Below, one piece after another: positions 30,820-36,545 of a stretch of DNA of 36,545 bases. Below the pieces are notes generated by a model. That model saw only the letters and a program-made list of their open reading frames with translations. It was not told the origin of the DNA and ran no database searches. The stretch comes from Azolla caroliniana (lineage: Eukaryota > Plantae > Polypodiophyta): NCBI GenBank assembly GCA_043228905.1, contig JBHGNT010000308.1, forward strand, positions 1 through 36,545, written 5' to 3'. Position 1 is the stretch's first letter. Each line of letters begins with the position of its first letter. The translations under genes were made by a program, and so were the position numbers.

Positions 30820-33800
30820 TGTTGAGAAACAGGTCCCTCCAAATAGAACCGGACGAGTTGGATAAGAGGGGACGAAGGGAGGAACCGGATACCGGATCGG
30901 ATGGACCCGGAACGAGTCCGGCCGGATCTGGTATGAACAAGCAAATAGGAACATATTGGTAAATATGTTCAGACATGACCGTTGAGGTCATATTTGTAAA
31001 TAGATGATAAATTATATGAGTATAAATATAACTAGGGGAAATAGTGTTGTAATGTTGTTGAGAGAGTGAAGAGAGAAACAGAAAGTATTTTCTATTGTAA
31101 CCGTTGGTTGGCGAAGACATAGAGCTCGAGGTCATTGCATGTGAGTCTCGCATTGTATCCCTCCTTTCATAGTGATAGTTAGAGTCTGTGGGCTCCTGTG
31201 GTTTTTTCCCTATTAGGGTTTTCCACATTAACATCTTGTGTTTGTCTTATTTCTATTTTCAATTCTTTGTTTTTTTCCATTGAGTGATTAAAAAATCGGT
31301 TGTGGCCAACCCCTATTCTGCACAATCTGGTATCAGAGCAAAGTTGTAAACTTCAAAGAAAGAAAGAAAATGGAAGAATCATTTGGTCGCATGTTCAAGC
31401 TCACCAGCCCCAACTACCCAATGTGGAAGTCAAAGATGAGGGACATGCTAGTGGTTAAAGATCTCTGGTTGCTGGTATAGTTTTTGAGACAAGAAGTTGA
31501 ACAAGATCGATGTCGCGACCTGGGAGGTGATGCATATGAAGATGACGGCATACATAAGATGCTTCATTGACATGAGACTGTACAATAACTTAAATGAAGA
31601 GAACAAGGCAAATGAGCCTCTAGGAGAAAATCAGCACCATGCTCGAGAGCAAGAAAGCCGTAAATCGGGTTTCGATATTCTGGAAGTTAGTGAGACTTCG
31701 GTACCAAGACACATCCAGTATGGCAGAGCACATACATGCATTCCAAGGGCTAATAAACCAAACAACCTCATTGCAAGTACCTCTAGCCGACGAGGTACTC
31801 ACGTTATTGTTGCTTGATTCCCTCCTGGATAGTTGGGAGACGTTAGTTGTCACCTTCGGCAACGCTGGGCCGAAATGAAAACAAGTATCCCTAACACGAG
31901 TAAAATCAAGCTTGCTGGATGAAGAAGGTCGCCGAAGGACCAGGATCCGGAACCGATCCGAAGGGCTTGGTTACGGAAGACGACCATAATCGGGGAGGAG
32001 GCCTAAATCGGAGTCCCAAAACTGAGACAAATCGGGGACAAGGTCGAAGTCAAGGGGGGAGGCCCACTTGCTTTTATTGCAGAAAGCCGGGGGCACTTCC
32101 AGAAGAATTGCCGACACTTCTGGAAGGAGAAAGGAACCGACAATGTAGACTCAAAGAAGGGTCTAAACAGGAGAAGTATGGATCTCATTGGCAATCGTGA
32201 CAAACGAGGAAGAGTTGTTGTTCATCATCGAGGAAAACGAGCTACATCTTGTCAGCGACGAAACGACGTGGGTGGTCGACTCCGGCGGATCGTTCCATCT
32301 GACCCCTAACCAGAACTACTTCACATCCTATAGAACAAGAGATCACGAATGTGTGAGGATGGGAAATGAAGGTACATGCCGAATTGTCGGCATAAGAGAT
32401 GTGTGTTTGACAACATCAGCCTGGTGCAAGTTGCTATTGAAGGATGTCCGACACGTTCCGGAGGTTCGGTTGAACCTGATATCGGTCGGTTGACTGGATG
32501 ATGGGGGGCTACACGGGTAGCATCTAGAATGGGGTCATGAAGTTTTGCAGAGGAAGCCTGATTGTGGCTCGAGCCCGAAAGATCAACACACTATACCTGA
32601 TGCATGCCCTGATATGTTGGGAAGAAGTGAATGTGGCATCCGACGATGTCGGTGACCTGTGGCACAAGAGGTTGTGTCACATGAGCAAGAAAGGGATGAA
32701 AAAACTTCCTGAGGATAACCTCATTACGGAGGTGAAAGACATGCATCTTGAGAAGTGCACCGACTGCTTCGCAGGCAAGCAAAACTAAACCTCTTTCAAC
32801 CCCACCCATGTCAAGACAAAATGCACCATTCGAACTTGTGCATACCGATGTATGCCAAGTGGATAGGAAGTCAGATGCTGGATCGCAGTACTTCGTGACA
32901 TTCATAGATGACCAAGTATTATCCGAACCGGTCGGAAGTTGGAGGCGGTTTGAGCGGACAATGGAGGAGAATACCGGGGGCAGTTCAAGGAGTATTACCG
33001 GTCGAAGGGAATCTGGCTCGAATTTACCGTGCCAAAGACGCCAGAACTGAACGTATTAGCCAAAAGGATGAACCAAACTGTGATGGAGAGAGTTCCGAGC
33101 ATGTTGGCACATGCTAAGCTGCCCAAGACGTTTTGGGCTGAGGTGCTAATGAAAACGATGCACGTGATAAACATATCACTCTCAACGTCCTTGGAAGGAG
33201 AGTCAACGTAGAAATTATGGACCGGTAAAGACGTGTCTTACTGGCATCTAAACGTGTTCAGCAATCTCGCCTACATGCATGTTGCGAAGGACAAGAGAGC
33301 GAAATTGGATCCAAAGTCCCGGCCATGCATATTCCATGGTTACGATGATGATGAATTCAATTACTGAGTGTGAACTTGGTCGACAAGAAGGTATTCCGGA
33401 GTCGAGACATAGTCTTCATAGAAGACAAGAACATTGCCGATTGGGACTCGGAGAAGAAGATAATGGACTCTAGGTTGACCGATAGAGATTGGTCGGAAGA
33501 TACAAGGACCCATCCGGCCGGATGCCGAATGACACTTGAAGAACTAGCCGGGTTCAGACAAGAAACCAAATCGACCGAAGAAGAAGAATTGGACACCGAA
33601 ACCGGACAAAAACCCGAATCGGATTCTGATGAAGAATAGACGGAGGAACCGGTAGTTGAGAACCAAGGACGGAGATCCTCTCAGAGAAAGAAGAGCCCCT
33701 CGGAGATTTCCGAATGCAGAGCATGTATTGTTGACCGACAAGGGGGAGCCAGAAAGCTTCGAAGAAGCAAAGAAAGACACCCAAAGCCGCAAGTGGTTAA

Positions 33801-34605
33801 GTGCCATGCACGATGAGATGGATTCCCTGCATGAGAACCACACACATGAATTGATAGAGATGCCAAAAGGAAAGAGAGCGCTTCAGAACAAGTGGGTGTA
33901 CAAGCTGAAACTAGGGGGACGCCGGAAATCCACCAAGATACAAAACTCGGATAGTAGTGAAGGGCTTCTGGCAGGAAAAGGGAGTGGATTTCAACGAGAT
34001 CTTGGCCCCGGTAGTTAAGATGACATCCATCCGGACGTTGTTAAGAATAGCAGCAAGCATGGACCTCGAGGTAGAGAAACTAGATGTCAAGAAGACATTC
34101 CTTCATGGAGACCTAGAGGAGGAGATGTACATGCAACAACTGGAAGGATTCGACCAGAAAGGGGAAGGAGAACTTGGTCTTCTGGTACCGGACGTTCGAC
34201 TCCTTCATGACTGAGCAAGGATACCACAAGACGCAGATCGACCACTACGTGTTCGTGAAGAAATTTGACAGAGGCGACTTCCTGATACTCCTACTGTATG
34301 TGGATGGCATGTTGATCGTCGGACCGGACCGGATCAAAATCGGAAATCTAAAGAAGGCTTTGAACCGGACCTTCTCAATGAAAGATCTAGGTCTGGCAAG
34401 GTAGATTCTAGGAATGCATATTATCCAGGACCAGATGAAGAAATAGTTGTGGCTATCATAGGAGAAGTATGTGACAAAGGTTCAACATGTCGAATGCGAA
34501 GCCGATATTGACACTTCCGGCAAATTGCAAACTGTCCTGAAAACATAGTCCGAAGACGAAGGCAGAGAAGTAGGACATGATGAAGGTACCATATGCCTCT
34601 ACCGT
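30820..34605 (+). mobile_element. Ty1/copia element D: 5' LTR, PBS, degenerate gag-pol, interrupted in RT
   Basis: LTR 30820-31324; gag MEESFGRMFKLTSPNYPMWKSKMRD from 31370; CFYCRKPG knuckle; WVVDSGGSFHL; LWHKRLCH; LVHTDVC..YFVTFIDD; NKWVYK; LLLYVDGMLI; MKDLG; ends MMKVPYAST. Confidence 0.93.
31328..31339 (+). promoter_or_regulatory. primer binding site, initiator tRNA-Met
   Basis: TGGTATCAGAGC 3 nt after the LTR end. Confidence 0.92.
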
Positions 34606-35919
34606 TGTCACGGTATTTTGCGTGGATGTGTCGAAACAGGGCGGGACCACGGGGGTCTCGGACCAAGGAGCCGGTGAGAGTAGGACAGGCTTCCTAAGGT
34701 ATTCGTCGGATCGGTTACCGCTCACATACACGGCCCGGATCAGGTTCCAGACGCCGGATAGTGAGTGTGCAGAATCAAAAATGTGTTTGTTCCGGACCGG
34801 TCGTTGGTTAACGGGGTTGGGATTCGGGTAAGCGTGATCAACAGACAGAGACAGAATGGAGATGTGCACACCACGCAGAGAGAGAAATCGGATACAATGA
34901 AACGAAATAGTTTATACAAAGAGGAATACAACCGAACCTGACCGATATCAAAGATACGCGCTCTCAAAACATGCACACACACAAAACTCAGGACGATGAG
35001 CCTCTGTAGGGGGCTCACGGGCTTCCTACACGAGCAGAGGCTTCACCTTCTTCCTGGAGCAAGGTTGTTAGGTACGTTACGTACGGTACGGATACCATAC
35101 GTATATAATGTATTAATACGCGTATAGTACCTCCCAATTTAAAAATACGTTAAATATGTTTTCTTAATAAGTCAAGTACTTATAAAATACGTATTTTACG
35201 TATAGTACATTAAATACTTCTAGAATTTGAAAATTATTTACCTTTCTAAAAAACATCTATAATATTGTAAAAAACATCTATATTTACACAATTTTGTGAT
35301 GTACAATATAGTTCTACATCCTAAAATGCATATAAGATATTTGAACATTTCACATCCTAAAATACTTGTAGTAATATGGATGTCGACATTCCTTTATTCT
35401 ATAAATCAGTGTAAGTGTGTATCACGATGTTCTACTTCAAATTGTAATTATTTACAATTATATCTTCATAGATTGAGGAATCATCTACGATTATCAAACT
35501 CATGATAGGTTTCTCTTTTCTTCGTTTTCTTCTTCTTCTTCTATCTTCTGTGATTATCACACTCAGAGTCATGACATGTTTATGTCTTCTTTTCTCTCTC
35601 TCTTCTTCTTCTTCATCATCTTCTTCATCGTCATCTCGTCTATTCTTCTTTCTTCCTTCCTTTGGCTTCGTTTTTCACTAAAATCTTTTTTCTCTTTTGC
35701 TTTTTGTTGGGGATTTACTTGCATTTTGTTTATAAATACGTATTATATCTGTTTTTTTATAAATATGTTAAATACCGTATTGGACAAATGTACATGATAT
35801 TTGACTGAACAACATTGAGGTATAGTACGTATTATACAAATGATGAGGTACTATACGTATTTAAACGTTAATTACGGGGTATGTAAACAACCATGTCTTG
35901 GAGTCAGTACAAAGCACAC

Positions 35920-35962
<43 letters not shown>

Positions 35963-36061
35963 GGGCACTCAAACCGACATCACTTCCTCCTCCCAAATTA
36001 CCAATCCCCAAAAACAGTATCAAACATCTCCTTTTATAGAGCAAGGGGAGGCCGTTATATC
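34606..36061 (-). repeat. inverted LTR related to the 16019-21112 family, interrupted by a MITE and a gypsy fragment
   Basis: GGCGGGACCACGGGGGTCTCGGAC (~34635) and CCTTTTATAGAGCAAGG (~36030) are reverse complements of U5 and TATA-region motifs of LTR 16019-16813; begins TGTCA. Confidence 0.75.
35060..35895. mobile_element. hAT-type non-autonomous element (MITE-like)
   Basis: Termini CAAGGTTGTT...AACAACCATG; 8-bp TSD TCCTGGAG/TCTTGGAG; AT-rich with subterminal TACG/CGTA motifs; no transposase ORF. Confidence 0.75.
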
Positions 36062-36545
36062 TGTCAGGAACAATACTAAGACAAAGACGTACTAAAATAT
36101 GCGAATTAGTACTAAGAGAGAGAAAAGGTTGTAGAACTCACGAGAGAAGGAGATAGAGAGAGAATGAAAGAGAGGAGAGATCGAGAGAGAGAATGATGGT
36201 AACAAAAGATATATTATATTATATGAAGAGTAAGTACAAAAATAGCTATAAGACTTAAGACTTGGTTGTTACGATAGTGAACAAGATGCCCGAGAGGGAT
36301 CAATTTGTGCTAGATTGGCTTGAGCGAAAGAATCTGTTTTCAAGTCATCACGTATGGTATCTATAATGTGGGAATCTAATGGCATATCGAAAACCCGTGT
36401 TCCTTGCAGTCGTGTTGGTCCCAGGATTACTTGCTTTTGGTGATCGAATGTTGGCTCACTGGGATGCGGTGCTAGATACGAGCGCCACGATAACGCATCT
36501 GCCTTCTCTTGCTACTTCCCAGGATGATATGTAATTTTGAAGTCG
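36062..36545 (-). mobile_element. inverted, internally deleted chromovirus fragment (RNase H-integrase linker joined to LTR R/U5)
   Basis: 36062-36265 is an inverted homolog of 4380-4575; ~36268-36545 is an inverted homolog of ~2585-2855 (DFKITY..KADALS..QVILGPTRL). Confidence 0.85.

Overview
Eukaryotic (land-plant-like, probably a moss such as Physcomitrium; this is inference) heterochromatic block made almost entirely of nested, decayed transposable elements. I see no intact host gene. Contents in order: a chromodomain Ty3/gypsy element (1-4575) inserted in a Ty1/copia element (4576-5909); a second copia (5910-9372); and a third copia that is split repeatedly (9373-30819). The main feature is a 13.75-kb TIR DNA transposon (9489-23241; 35-bp TIRs, 4-bp CATA TSD, about 7.4 kb without nested inserts) inserted in that third copia. 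It carries two head-to-head pseudogenes: a DDE transposase of the DUF7869/Sola2-like type (minus strand) and an intron-containing ParB/Srx-like + beta-class N6-adenine/N4-cytosine DNA methyltransferase gene (plus strand). The ORF track misses the second gene because introns, frameshifts and two nested LTR insertions break it up. Also present: a gag-only gypsy with a tRNA-Trp PBS (16019-21112), a non-coding LTR element with tandem arrays and a possible self-priming PBS (24839-27213), three solo LTRs, a fourth copia with a tRNA-iMet PBS (30820-34605), a hAT-type MITE (35060-35895) and further gypsy fragments. Two gypsy-type LTRs carry an antisense tRNA-like A/B-box module at their U3 end.
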